Origin: a virus | Length of the DNA stretch: 64,000 nucleotides | Reading direction: 5' to 3' (one strand) | Virus record (IMG/VR): IMGVR_UViG_3300028883_000007 | Span: 1 to 64,000 of that record | Shown: positions 9,603 to 17,050 of the stretch, piece by piece | How the letters are laid out: each line of letters opens with the position of its first letter | Position numbering within the stretch: the stretch's first letter is position 1 | Program-made: the position numbers and the translations under genes | The notes under the pieces: generated by a model | Database searches by the model: none | Seen by the model: the letters and a program-made list of their open reading frames with translations, nothing else | What the model was told of the DNA's origin: nothing

Positions 9603-10279
9603 CTATCCAAGGAAAGCCGTTTTAATTTTTTCCATTAATTCTTTTGGTGAAGGCCGGAACCTCTTAGGCTTGGGTTTCTGGGGCAAAATATCCGATATGG
9701 CAACACTCTTTTTCATTGACTTACCAGCTGAATTATAAATAGCTTGCGCAATCGCCGCCATGCGTTTATTTGCCGCATCCTCCCCAAACCCAAGAGGCTG
9801 AATTCTTGCAAAGGCCATCCACTCCGAAAGCTCTCTTGACTCCATCTCTTTTAAAAGTTGCTTGACTGTTTTACCGCCAAGGGCCAGAGCAAGATGGAAG
9901 ACAAATTGTCTCTCTGGCCTTTCAATTAGTTTTTTGTGAGCTCTTCTACGTCCTCTTTAGAGAGACGATTCAAAGTCTGAGCCTTGGAGAAAGCCCGGTC
10001 CAAAGCTGCCGCAGATTTTTTGGCCAAGGCGTCAATGTCCTTTTGATTGAAAAGGAGAACACCTTTTTCATCACAAAGGGTACGAACAAGGAGTTTGGAC
10101 CGGAGATTTTTAAAGTTCTTCTCCACATCCCCTTGTTTGTTCAGAAAGGCATCTTTTTCAAATTCATCCCTTTCTTCTCCGTTCATCATTTTGATACCAA
10201 CTTCTCCGCCCCACTCCGGAATCTCAATGGTTTCAATGGTAATGTCCTCTGCCGCCAGAATACTTTCTTTTGTCAACAT
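9603..10279 (-). CDS. Tail assembly chaperone -1 frameshift fusion (gpGT-like)
   Basis: The 9603..9845 ORF is in the -1 frame relative to 9926..10279 (start coordinates 10279 = 1 and 9845 = 2 mod 3). Hand translation from the slip site gives an open frame, LIERPERQFVFHLALALGGKTVKQLLKEMESREL..., into that ORF. Confidence 0.65.
9926..10279 (-). CDS. Tail assembly chaperone (gpG-like, zero-frame product)
   Basis: 117-aa acidic protein between the major tail and tape measure genes. It ends ...ACA AAA AAC TAA, with a slippery heptamer at its 3' end. Confidence 0.75.
   Translation of the reverse strand: MLTKESILAAEDITIETIEIPEWGGEVGIKMMNGEERDEFEKDAFLNKQGDVEKNFKNLRSKLLVRTLCDEKGVLLFNQKDIDALAKKSAAALDRAFSKAQTLNRLSKEDVEELTKN
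9929..9935 (-). promoter_or_regulatory. Programmed -1 ribosomal frameshift slippery heptamer A_AAA_AAC
   Basis: The minus-strand sequence reads ctc acA AAA AAC taa. This is X_XXY_YYZ in the correct phase, immediately before the chaperone stop codon. Confidence 0.65.
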
Positions 10280-10328
10280 GGTTTTTTCTCCTTCTATGGT
10301 TATGATGTTATGTTTTTACTTCTTCAAA

Positions 10329-10374
10329 TTAAGTCGTGGCGATAGCACCAGTTAAGTCGTGGCGATAGCACCAG
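10329..10374 (-). repeat. Perfect 23-bp tandem duplication spanning the major tail protein stop codon
   Basis: ttaagtcgtggcgatagcaccag occurs twice back to back (10329-10351 and 10352-10374). It duplicates the codons for GAIATT plus the TAA. Confidence 0.85.
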
Positions 10375-10780
10375 AAACCTTGATGGTGACATCAACACTC
10401 ATCTTGTCATCCAGCGGTGCATGCGTCTGGATGTTCGTCACAAGCCCAGAGAACTCAAGAGTGGTTGCGGCAGAATCCGGAAAAACGATCTGATACCGCA
10501 CGGTATCATCCGAATTAAAATCCGCCAACCATGCAGCGTGACGGGTTTTCTCGTAATGCATGGACAAGGTAACTTCTCCCCCATCCCGGAACCCCGTCAG
10601 AAATTCCCGATATCCGCTGTTGTTGTCGTCGTGGCTCGTAACATCAAAAGTCTCTCTTGTTCTGTTGGGAGGGTTGATGTCAAAAATCTCTGCAACTTTG
10701 GTGAATTCCCCTCCACCACTGCTGCTGTCGCCGCTACCTCTTTTGATTTCAATTCCTAAACCAGCAATTGCATCACTCAT
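10352..10780 (-). CDS. Major tail protein (TP901-1 / Phage_tail_2-like)
   Basis: 142 aa. G.EIKRG....F.KV.EI.DI.PP...RETFDVTSHDD..YREF..G..D.GEV.L is typical of this family. Position is upstream of the chaperones. Confidence 0.75.
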   Translation of the reverse strand: MSDAIAGLGIEIKRGSGDSSSGGGEFTKVAEIFDINPPNRTRETFDVTSHDDNNSGYREFLTGFRDGGEVTLSMHYEKTRHAAWLADFNSDDTVRYQIVFPDSAATTLEFSGLVTNIQTHAPLDDKMSVDVTIKVSGAIATT

Positions 10781-10837
10781 TTTCTTTCTCCTTTGTTATT
10801 TGTTGATTTTAGGGTTTAATTACTTAAGCCCTACAAC

Positions 10838-10877
10838 CACATTAAAAATTTTTTTCCGTTTAACCTCGGGCAAATGC
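10838..10877 (-). promoter_or_regulatory. Copy E of the bipartite CCCGA(R)NTTAAACG - N12 - TAAT motif, upstream of the major tail gene
   Basis: The minus-sense sequence is GCCCGAGGTTAAACGGAAAAAAATTTTTAATGTGG. Compare copy A, GGCCCGAATTTAAACGGATAAATTTTTTTAATACCC. Confidence 0.4.
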
Positions 10878-10899
10878 TTTAATAAAAAAAACCATTTTA

Positions 10900-11298
10900 T
10901 TAGGAACTTCTATGGCAAAGGAAGTTCAAAGTAAAAACAGGCCTATTATTTGTATCGTACTTCACAAAATTTACATCCCCTGTTACTAAAATTTGGATAT
11001 ACCGAGTGGAGTTAATGGTTGTATCCGTTATTTTATGGAGATAAGTTTTAATTGACTGAGCAATCGCATATGCCCCTGCATAGTCATTTTTCTCTCCTCT
11101 TACCCTTACCATAAAACCCGGTTTGTCGTAAACAACATCTATTACCTCCGGAGGCAATCCAGGGCGATCATAAACAGTAACACATTTATCGGGAGAATTT
11201 GGTTCCTGTCCAATAAAAAGATCTGTCCCCTGAACGAGAGAAAACCCAGAACTTGACTCCACCAAGTGATCCGCAATGTCTTTAGAAACTGGATTCAT
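10900..11298 (-). CDS. Tail terminator / tail completion protein (DUF3168-like)
   Basis: 132 aa, lying between the HK97-gp10-like gene and the major tail gene. The sequence pattern is only weakly diagnostic. Confidence 0.45.
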   Translation of the reverse strand: MNPVSKDIADHLVESSSGFSLVQGTDLFIGQEPNSPDKCVTVYDRPGLPPEVIDVVYDKPGFMVRVRGEKNDYAGAYAIAQSIKTYLHKITDTTINSTRYIQILVTGDVNFVKYDTNNRPVFTLNFLCHRSS

Positions 11299-11753
11299 TT
11301 TATCTTCGCCTTTCTCCGGATAATATCCAAAATTTTATTAAAATTCTCGTACAAGGGGTCTTCCAAAAATTTCCACTTACCAACAGTGGAAAAAACAGCT
11401 TGAGTTGACCGCTTGCCATTTGGGTTTATCGGGGCTTTATACTCTTTCCCACTGGGGCTCACCCCTTCCGTTTTTCCAGCTCTTTCATTTTCGTGAACAG
11501 ACAAAGCATAAACCGCCGAAAATCCTACAACTGCCCCAACTTTTCTCCCTCTGGTTGCATCTTTCACATAGGCGCTGTTTTTCAGGTTGCCAGTAACCAC
11601 TGGGCATTCGGCTTGTGCCTTGCCCTTTACAAAATGGCCAGCAGACATTACTCCAGGCCTTGACCTGCCTTTAATGGCTCTTATCTCTTTGGTTAAGTTG
11701 GCACAAACCTTATCAACACCTTTTATATGTTTTGTGTCTGCCATTATATCCAA
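11295..11753 (-). CDS. HK97 gp10-family neck protein
   Basis: KGKAQAECPVVTGNLKNSAYV matches the P-V-(D/V)-T-G-N-L motif of the HK97 gp10 family. It overlaps the downstream gene by 4 nt. Confidence 0.7.
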   Translation of the reverse strand: MDIMADTKHIKGVDKVCANLTKEIRAIKGRSRPGVMSAGHFVKGKAQAECPVVTGNLKNSAYVKDATRGRKVGAVVGFSAVYALSVHENERAGKTEGVSPSGKEYKAPINPNGKRSTQAVFSTVGKWKFLEDPLYENFNKILDIIRRKAKIK

Positions 11754-12097
11754 ACCTTCCGGCAGTATTCATTTGCTTTTATTCCAGGAGTCTTTTTAAA
11801 ACTTTTAATTTCATAAGCTCCATCAACAACAGTTGGATCAATTTCACTTGCGCCAGAAGAAGAATCACCTAACTCTCCCAAATAAACAAAGTCTCCTTCC
11901 GCCATATCTTCGTCCACAAGGATAACGGCTTGGGATTTCTTTTCCTTCCCTTCCGAATCAAGAAACAACTCTTCTTTTTCCTGCCACCGACAATCCTTAT
12001 TAACAGGATTGGAAAAGGATGGTTTGTTATATACGTCCTGTCCACCCTTTGCCCAATAGATAAGTGTTTGGTTTAATCCTCTTGAATACCAACTCAT
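11744..12097 (-). CDS. Head closure / head-tail joining protein (positional call)
   Basis: 117 aa, immediately upstream of and overlapping the gp10-like gene. Size and position fit; there is no strong motif. Confidence 0.4.
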   Translation of the reverse strand: MSWYSRGLNQTLIYWAKGGQDVYNKPSFSNPVNKDCRWQEKEELFLDSEGKEKKSQAVILVDEDMAEGDFVYLGELGDSSSGASEIDPTVVDGAYEIKSFKKTPGIKANEYCRKVWI

Positions 12098-12537
12098 TTT
12101 AGGTTCTCCCTTATTGCTCTTCGGAAAGCCTCCATATCAAAATTTTTCCCGGGGCATGTTTTGTAACCAGCCAACTCTCTATGGCCCAGAACGTTCTCCG
12201 CCGGAATATGAAAAATCTGACATAAAGAAACTACCAGCTTTATTCCTAATAACCACATCTCCAAAGGAACTACTGTTTTGTCAAAATTGCCAACAAAACA
12301 AATTCCCAAAGAGCAAAAATTCATATGTTTCTGAGAACAATGTGCTCCATGACAATTCATCATTCTCCCGGTAAAAATCTGGTGCCTTTTTTCTACTTGT
12401 TCAATAATGAAATGATATCCAATATCATCCATACCAAGAACATTCACGTGATAGTCTTCTATATTATCCCGCGACACCGTTTTACCATCTTTGGTTAAGC
12501 TGTGATGAACAATAATATATTCAGGGACGATAATCAT
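12094..12537 (-). CDS. N-acetylmuramoyl-L-alanine amidase (Amidase_2 / PGRP, T7-lysozyme-like)
   Basis: IIVHHSLT...DIGYHFII...GAHC...SLGICFVGNFD...VLGHRELAGYKTCPG contains the Zn-ligand and catalytic pattern of Amidase_2. Confidence 0.8.
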   Translation of the reverse strand: MIIVPEYIIVHHSLTKDGKTVSRDNIEDYHVNVLGMDDIGYHFIIEQVEKRHQIFTGRMMNCHGAHCSQKHMNFCSLGICFVGNFDKTVVPLEMWLLGIKLVVSLCQIFHIPAENVLGHRELAGYKTCPGKNFDMEAFRRAIRENLK

Positions 12538-12874
12538 TGTTTGCTACCCTTTGGTTCAGTCTCGTAAAATTTTTATTAAGGCTCTTAACTTCGCAAGTTA
12601 AAGTTTCTATACCTTGCGCAAGATATTTGAAGTCAACCTTCATCTCCAGAACCTCTTTTGGAAGCCTTTTATTTTCCACCATCCAATTCTTTATCTCCCG
12701 GATATCAGCAGAAATCTCCAGATGCTTTTTTATCCATGCGGTATTGGTGTCAATTTGGCTTTTTGTAATCCCGATATAATATACAGCAACCGCGATATAA
12801 CAAAAGGCGACAATAATTTGGATGATGTCTGACCGGCGCAATTTGAAACTCTCCTTTGTCGTTTCAGCTGGCAT
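12521..12874 (-). CDS. Type II membrane protein with an extracytoplasmic coiled coil (i-spanin-like or holin-like)
   Basis: One N-proximal transmembrane segment (IIQIIVAFCYIAVAVYYIGI) followed by heptad-like sequence. It overlaps the amidase gene by 17 nt. Confidence 0.45.
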   Translation of the reverse strand: MPAETTKESFKLRRSDIIQIIVAFCYIAVAVYYIGITKSQIDTNTAWIKKHLEISADIREIKNWMVENKRLPKEVLEMKVDFKYLAQGIETLTCEVKSLNKNFTRLNQRVANNDYRP

Positions 12875-12892
12875 TTTTATCTCCTGTTGCTT

Positions 12893-13258
12893 TTATGGGG
12901 TTTGAACTTTTACCTCTATATAAAGCGTGACCGTAAAACCAGCAGGAGCATTTGGAGGGATATGAGTCAAAACCTCATTTGAATTCCCAGATTCTACTCC
13001 CTCCTCATTATATGCTCGCAAAACAAAATGCCCATTGCCCGGGACTGTAACAGTACAACCTACCGTTTGCCCATCCCAAACAGGGTTTGCATAATCATAA
13101 GTCTCTACTCCAAGAGGGCGATAAAAAGCCCTATATCCCGCCAAGTCAGGTTCTGTATTTGGATCCCACATCAACTTCACTTGTACTGCATGAGCCGCTG
13201 GGACAACGCAAACAAATACAAACAAAAAAGCCAATATCATCAATAAATATTTTTTCAT
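12893..13258 (-). CDS. Secreted FN3-like domain protein
   Basis: I prefer the internal start, MKKYLLMILAFLFVFVCVVPAAHA/VQ (signal peptide with an AHA cleavage site), preceded by GGGGAG. It avoids overlap with the upstream gene. KLMWDPNTEPDLAGYRAFY...VLRAYNEEGVESGNSNEV is FN3-like. Confidence 0.55.
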   Translation of the reverse strand: MKKYLLMILAFLFVFVCVVPAAHAVQVKLMWDPNTEPDLAGYRAFYRPLGVETYDYANPVWDGQTVGCTVTVPGNGHFVLRAYNEEGVESGNSNEVLTHIPPNAPAGFTVTLYIEVKVQTP

Positions 13259-13271
13259 TTTCTTCTCCCCT

Positions 13272-13631
13272 TTACTCCCAATTAATGCATTCAACTTTTG
13301 CCGTCGTTTTGCCAACATTGGCCAATTTCCCAGTGGTATCAAGTGCGATTGCCTGCATGCCATATGGGGTTGCCTCTAAACCCTTGCCCTCCTTTCCCAG
13401 AAAAAATTTTGCTTCCGCTTCATCCATCTTTTTGGATTTCTCCCTTGGGTCACGGATAGCCACAAAGTGAGCCGAAAGCCATCTTTCAATTTCCTTAAGG
13501 AGGTCATCTCCAAGGCTCTCTCCGCCCAAAACACTTTCGACCAACAGGTTCGCGGCAGTAATAAATGGGGCCGTCGTTACTGTTGTATCAATGATTGCTT
13601 TTACTTCTTCCTCTGTTACTCTCGCCGCCAT
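13272..13631 (-). CDS. Head-tail adaptor (gp6-like connector; positional plus weak pattern)
   Basis: 119 aa. VTEEEVKAII...ERWLSAHFVAIRDP resembles gp6-like/DUF4054 adaptors. It is the first connector gene after the capsid region. Confidence 0.45.
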   Translation of the reverse strand: MAARVTEEEVKAIIDTTVTTAPFITAANLLVESVLGGESLGDDLLKEIERWLSAHFVAIRDPREKSKKMDEAEAKFFLGKEGKGLEATPYGMQAIALDTTGKLANVGKTTAKVECINWE

Positions 13632-13640
13632 GATACCTCC

Positions 13641-14333
13641 TTATTTACCAGACCAAAGAGCAGGTTCAATAAAATCCTCAATACTCTCCTTATCCAGTTT
13701 TAAACCCAGCCGCCTTACCACTGCCAAAATGCCGGTATAATCACGGTCAATCATCTCTTGGGGCCAAACATAATTAATATCAAGGCCAGCTTCCTCCATC
13801 TCCAAAAACCTCTCCTTGTGCTGGTCTATCCAATACAACCAACCCGTTTCATTGTTGTAAGCCCTCATAAAACGGGTTTTCAAACAGGAGTTAATCAAGT
13901 CTGTTGATTTTCTCCGTACAATTATCCAAGTTGCTTCGGGGAAAGCTTTATACCATACAGGCCAAATGAGGCACATTTTGGGGTCTTTATTATACCATGG
14001 ACCGCCTTTATACCCCTGTTTTCGCATCTCCTGCATGACTATTTTCCGCCAATTCTCCACTCCTTCGTTGGACATAAGCCAACAGCGGTCAATATCCGGG
14101 AGAGGTTTCTGGGCCATAGGGTCCGCCCCAATGGTTCGCAAATAAGGTTTTACAAGGCTCTCCCGAAAAGCAATATTTTCGAACATGCCTTTAGGATTTT
14201 CTTTTTGCCCGGGATAAAGCTTACCTCCAAATGCTCCCGCCTTTTGTATCAAAGCAGCAGTCATTGAGGTGCCAGAACGAGCGCAACCTGTAATAAAAAT
14301 GGGTTTATCTTTTATGATGTTCATCAGGGCCAT
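13641..14333 (-). CDS. Sulfotransferase-family protein
   Basis: The N-terminal PAPS 5'-phosphosulfate-binding loop is IFITGCARSGTSMTA. A later stretch, WIIVRRKSTDLINS, fits the 3'-phosphate-binding R-x7-S motif. No transmembrane segment is present. Confidence 0.6.
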   Translation of the reverse strand: MALMNIIKDKPIFITGCARSGTSMTAALIQKAGAFGGKLYPGQKENPKGMFENIAFRESLVKPYLRTIGADPMAQKPLPDIDRCWLMSNEGVENWRKIVMQEMRKQGYKGGPWYNKDPKMCLIWPVWYKAFPEATWIIVRRKSTDLINSCLKTRFMRAYNNETGWLYWIDQHKERFLEMEEAGLDINYVWPQEMIDRDYTGILAVVRRLGLKLDKESIEDFIEPALWSGK

Positions 14334-15073
14334 TCTCCGTTCCAGGGCTCAATGTATTTGACAGGGTTGCCATAATATACTCCGGGGACCGAAATGCTTT
14401 TTGTGACCACCGATCCCATGCCAATTAATGTTTTGGGAGGAACTGTTACTCCATTTCTAATTAAAGAACCAAGACCAATATAACAGTTTTTCCCTATCTT
14501 AACAGAACCTCCAATATTTACTCCCTCAATAATAAGAGTATTATCTCCAACGATGCAATTATGGCCAATGTGACAACCACAATCAATTTTAACATTGCAA
14601 CCAATAATCGTTGAATCAAAAATAGCCCTTGCAACAGTCGTAAGAGCCCCAATAGAAACCCCTGAACAAATTCTTACATTGCCCATATGTTTCATGGAGA
14701 TAATTTTATCATCTTTCTTCACATATCGCATTCCTTCTGGACCAATCTCCGCTGAAGGATGAACAAAAGCATCTTCCGAGATATTGTTTTCCTTAGGTTC
14801 CCGGCAAGCATTAATAGCATTGTGTGCAATAACAAAATCAAGAAAGGGAGTAGGTGAATTGACAAGGGTAAAATTGTCTCCAAAATAATCTGTAAGAGAC
14901 TCCGGAATTTTTTTGTTGTTGGGGATAAAAACAGTCAACTCTCCAAGCCAACCAACCAGCTTTTCAAGCATTCTGGTATCTGTAACATATGCCAAACCCC
15001 CATCTACAGGATTATCAATAGAGCAAGTTCTTTTGAAGTTACCCCACTGAAAGTCTTTTTTATTTTTTATCAT
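14324..15073 (-). CDS. LpxD-like left-handed beta-helix N-acyltransferase
   Basis: The C-terminal half, IGALTTVARAIFDSTIIGCNVKIDCGCHIGHNCIVGDNTLI..GSVKIGKNCYIG.GS.I..G..V......G.GSVVTKSISVPGVYYGNP, aligns by eye with the LpxD hexapeptide region. The start is set at MIKNKK (15073) because the longer ORF-track start overlaps the upstream gene. Confidence 0.65.
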   Translation of the reverse strand: MIKNKKDFQWGNFKRTCSIDNPVDGGLAYVTDTRMLEKLVGWLGELTVFIPNNKKIPESLTDYFGDNFTLVNSPTPFLDFVIAHNAINACREPKENNISEDAFVHPSAEIGPEGMRYVKKDDKIISMKHMGNVRICSGVSIGALTTVARAIFDSTIIGCNVKIDCGCHIGHNCIVGDNTLIIEGVNIGGSVKIGKNCYIGLGSLIRNGVTVPPKTLIGMGSVVTKSISVPGVYYGNPVKYIEPWNGEWP

Positions 15074-15908
15074 AATATTCATCCCAAGGGTGGTTATATG
15101 TTCGGTCATTATAAACATCCTGAACCCACTGTTCTTGGCAATGGTGCGGTCTGGGATGTCCGTGAAAGGCCACAATTTTTGCGTCTTCAGGAATGCTCTT
15201 CCCTCTGACATCATTTTTATAACTGTAAAACCCAGCAAAATCATCCTGAAACAACCGTACTTTAATTTCTCCAGTCAATTCTCTTTGAATAAGCTGGGCA
15301 GTGGTATAATCTTCTTCTCCCCGAAATGCTTTCATGTACTCCGGTTTAAAATTTCTGTATATCCAGGACCAGTCTCCATTCCACATCATCATTCCAGAAC
15401 AATATTTATGTCCTTTGGCAAGCCAGCGAGGCTGAGAACGGGTCATATAAAATGTATCCGGGGGGCAGGTAAGGGCAAGTTCTCCAGCCCTGTCAATAGA
15501 GTCTATAATCAAGGTATCAAGGCCAGTGGCAATCACAGGGCAGGCAAGCCGAAACATTTCTACTACAGACCACCATCCCGGCCAGCCATGTTTAAGAGGG
15601 AGAGTTGTTACAAGAGGATCATCAATTTCCATATCTGTAAGACAAACAAAACGGTGAGGCAAATGGAGATTTCTCCTTACCTGATAAGCAAGCGCAATAG
15701 CGTTATCCGGTATATAATCGCCTCCGCTTTTGAGAACGACTAAAAAAGTAAGCCTGACCCTGTTATCTATAAATTCTTTGGTTTGTTTTTTTGTAGGCAT
15801 ACCCTTACATTCCTTTATATAAGAACGTTTAAATTCGGGCCAATCCTTTGGGCTGTATTGCTTACTCCGCCTTAACAAAAGCCCCAATTTTGTTTCTTGG
15901 GGCTTCAT
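15060..15908 (-). CDS. Putative glycosyltransferase (GT-A-like, W-P-G-W-W motif family)
   Basis: VVLKSGGDY...VCLTD...LKHGWPGWWSVVEMFR...GLDTLIIDS resembles phage proteins usually annotated as glycosyltransferases. The true start may be M37 at 15800; that would place motif copy C (15826-15853) in an intergenic gap. Confidence 0.4.
   Translation of the reverse strand: MKPQETKLGLLLRRSKQYSPKDWPEFKRSYIKECKGMPTKKQTKEFIDNRVRLTFLVVLKSGGDYIPDNAIALAYQVRRNLHLPHRFVCLTDMEIDDPLVTTLPLKHGWPGWWSVVEMFRLACPVIATGLDTLIIDSIDRAGELALTCPPDTFYMTRSQPRWLAKGHKYCSGMMMWNGDWSWIYRNFKPEYMKAFRGEEDYTTAQLIQRELTGEIKVRLFQDDFAGFYSYKNDVRGKSIPEDAKIVAFHGHPRPHHCQEQWVQDVYNDRTYNHPWDEYYDKK
15826..15853 (-). promoter_or_regulatory. Copy C of the hairpin + CCCGAATTTAAACG motif
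   Basis: The minus-sense sequence is CCCAAAGGATTGGCCCGAATTTAAACG. It is about 30/31 identical to copy D at 62833-62863, which lies on the other strand. Confidence 0.4.
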
Positions 15909-16536
15909 GCTGGTAAACCATGTTGTATCCGAAATCTCTGGTCATTTGTTTAAACCAGCCCCACCCATCATCCAAAACATGGGTAGACCCTCCACCCTTC
16001 CAAAAATAATTTTTGTTGTGGAGAGGAACTTCAACAACAACAGCCCGAAACCCCATGTCAAAAATCCACTCCACTTCTTGAGCAGTAAAGTGTTCCAGAG
16101 TATGGGAAGAAACAAGAGCTTGTTTGGCAGGGGAAACAAAACCATCCTCCAACTCCCAAAAATCACGGTCCAGGATATTAAGAGAATAGCAAGGATGCTT
16201 GCAAAGGTTTTCCTGTTTCATAAGAGGGTTAATGTCATAACCCCTCCAACTTCGGATAAGAGGATACCGTTCCAATGCAAGCTGGGCCAATACTCCTTTC
16301 CCGCATCCTAATTCAATAAACTCCAAAAAGCTCATTGACAAAACTTCTCCAATAGCTTCCAGGATTTGGGTTTGGTGAAACCTTGGAATATCTTTACAAA
16401 GGGAATAAACCAACTCATTAAACAGCTGAAGCTCCACAAAAGAGAAATGCCCCTGCCGGTAATGGTTGCGGTAAACATCCCAATTCTTTACTCTGCAAGC
16501 ATCAAGAGACTGTTTTACAACAGGAGTTAAATTCAT
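15862..16536 (-). CDS. Class I SAM-dependent methyltransferase
   Basis: Motif I is FIELGCGKGVLA, followed by GYDIN. The start is set at MNLTPV (16536), which forms an ATGA overlap with the upstream stop. Confidence 0.65.
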   Translation of the reverse strand: MNLTPVVKQSLDACRVKNWDVYRNHYRQGHFSFVELQLFNELVYSLCKDIPRFHQTQILEAIGEVLSMSFLEFIELGCGKGVLAQLALERYPLIRSWRGYDINPLMKQENLCKHPCYSLNILDRDFWELEDGFVSPAKQALVSSHTLEHFTAQEVEWIFDMGFRAVVVEVPLHNKNYFWKGGGSTHVLDDGWGWFKQMTRDFGYNMVYQHEAPRNKIGAFVKAE

Positions 16537-17030
16537 TTTCTCTCCTTCGCCGGGACCCCATAAACAACAGCCCCATCCGGAACGTTTTTGATGACTACCG
16601 ACCCGGTTCCAATAAGGGCATTCATCCCCACTGTTACTCCAGGAGCAATGCTGGCCCCTCCCCCAATACGACAACCATTTTTGAAAATGGGAGGTTGTTC
16701 AAAATACTCCTCCTCCAAATACCGGACCATCCTTTTATCGTTTGTGGTAATAACGCCGGGACCAAAGAAAACATTGCTGCCAATTTTTACTCCGGTTGTA
16801 ATGTGACACTGAGATTGAACGGTAGAACAAGATTGAATTATAACGTTCTGCTCAATTACCACATTATGGCCAATAACAACATTGTCTCCAATCCTTACTC
16901 CAGATCGGATAACAGTGTTTGCCCCAATAAAACAATTGTCACCAATTATAACATGGTCATCAATAACCACATTCTCTCTTACTTTTGTTCCGGGGCCAAA
17001 ACATGACGAAAGATCCATAAAGAACTTCAT
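16533..17030 (-). CDS. Hexapeptide-repeat sugar N-acetyltransferase (WlbB/QdtC-like)
   Basis: Continuous LbH repeats, VIDDHVIIGDNCFIGANTVIRSGVRIGDNVVIGHNVVIEQNV...IGGGASIAPGVTVGMNALIGTGSVVIKNVPDGAVVYGVPAK. The start is set at MKFFMD (17030), preceded by AAGGAGA. Confidence 0.7.
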   Translation of the reverse strand: MKFFMDLSSCFGPGTKVRENVVIDDHVIIGDNCFIGANTVIRSGVRIGDNVVIGHNVVIEQNVIIQSCSTVQSQCHITTGVKIGSNVFFGPGVITTNDKRMVRYLEEEYFEQPPIFKNGCRIGGGASIAPGVTVGMNALIGTGSVVIKNVPDGAVVYGVPAKERK

Positions 17031-17050
17031 TGGTTTCTTTTCTCCTTGTC

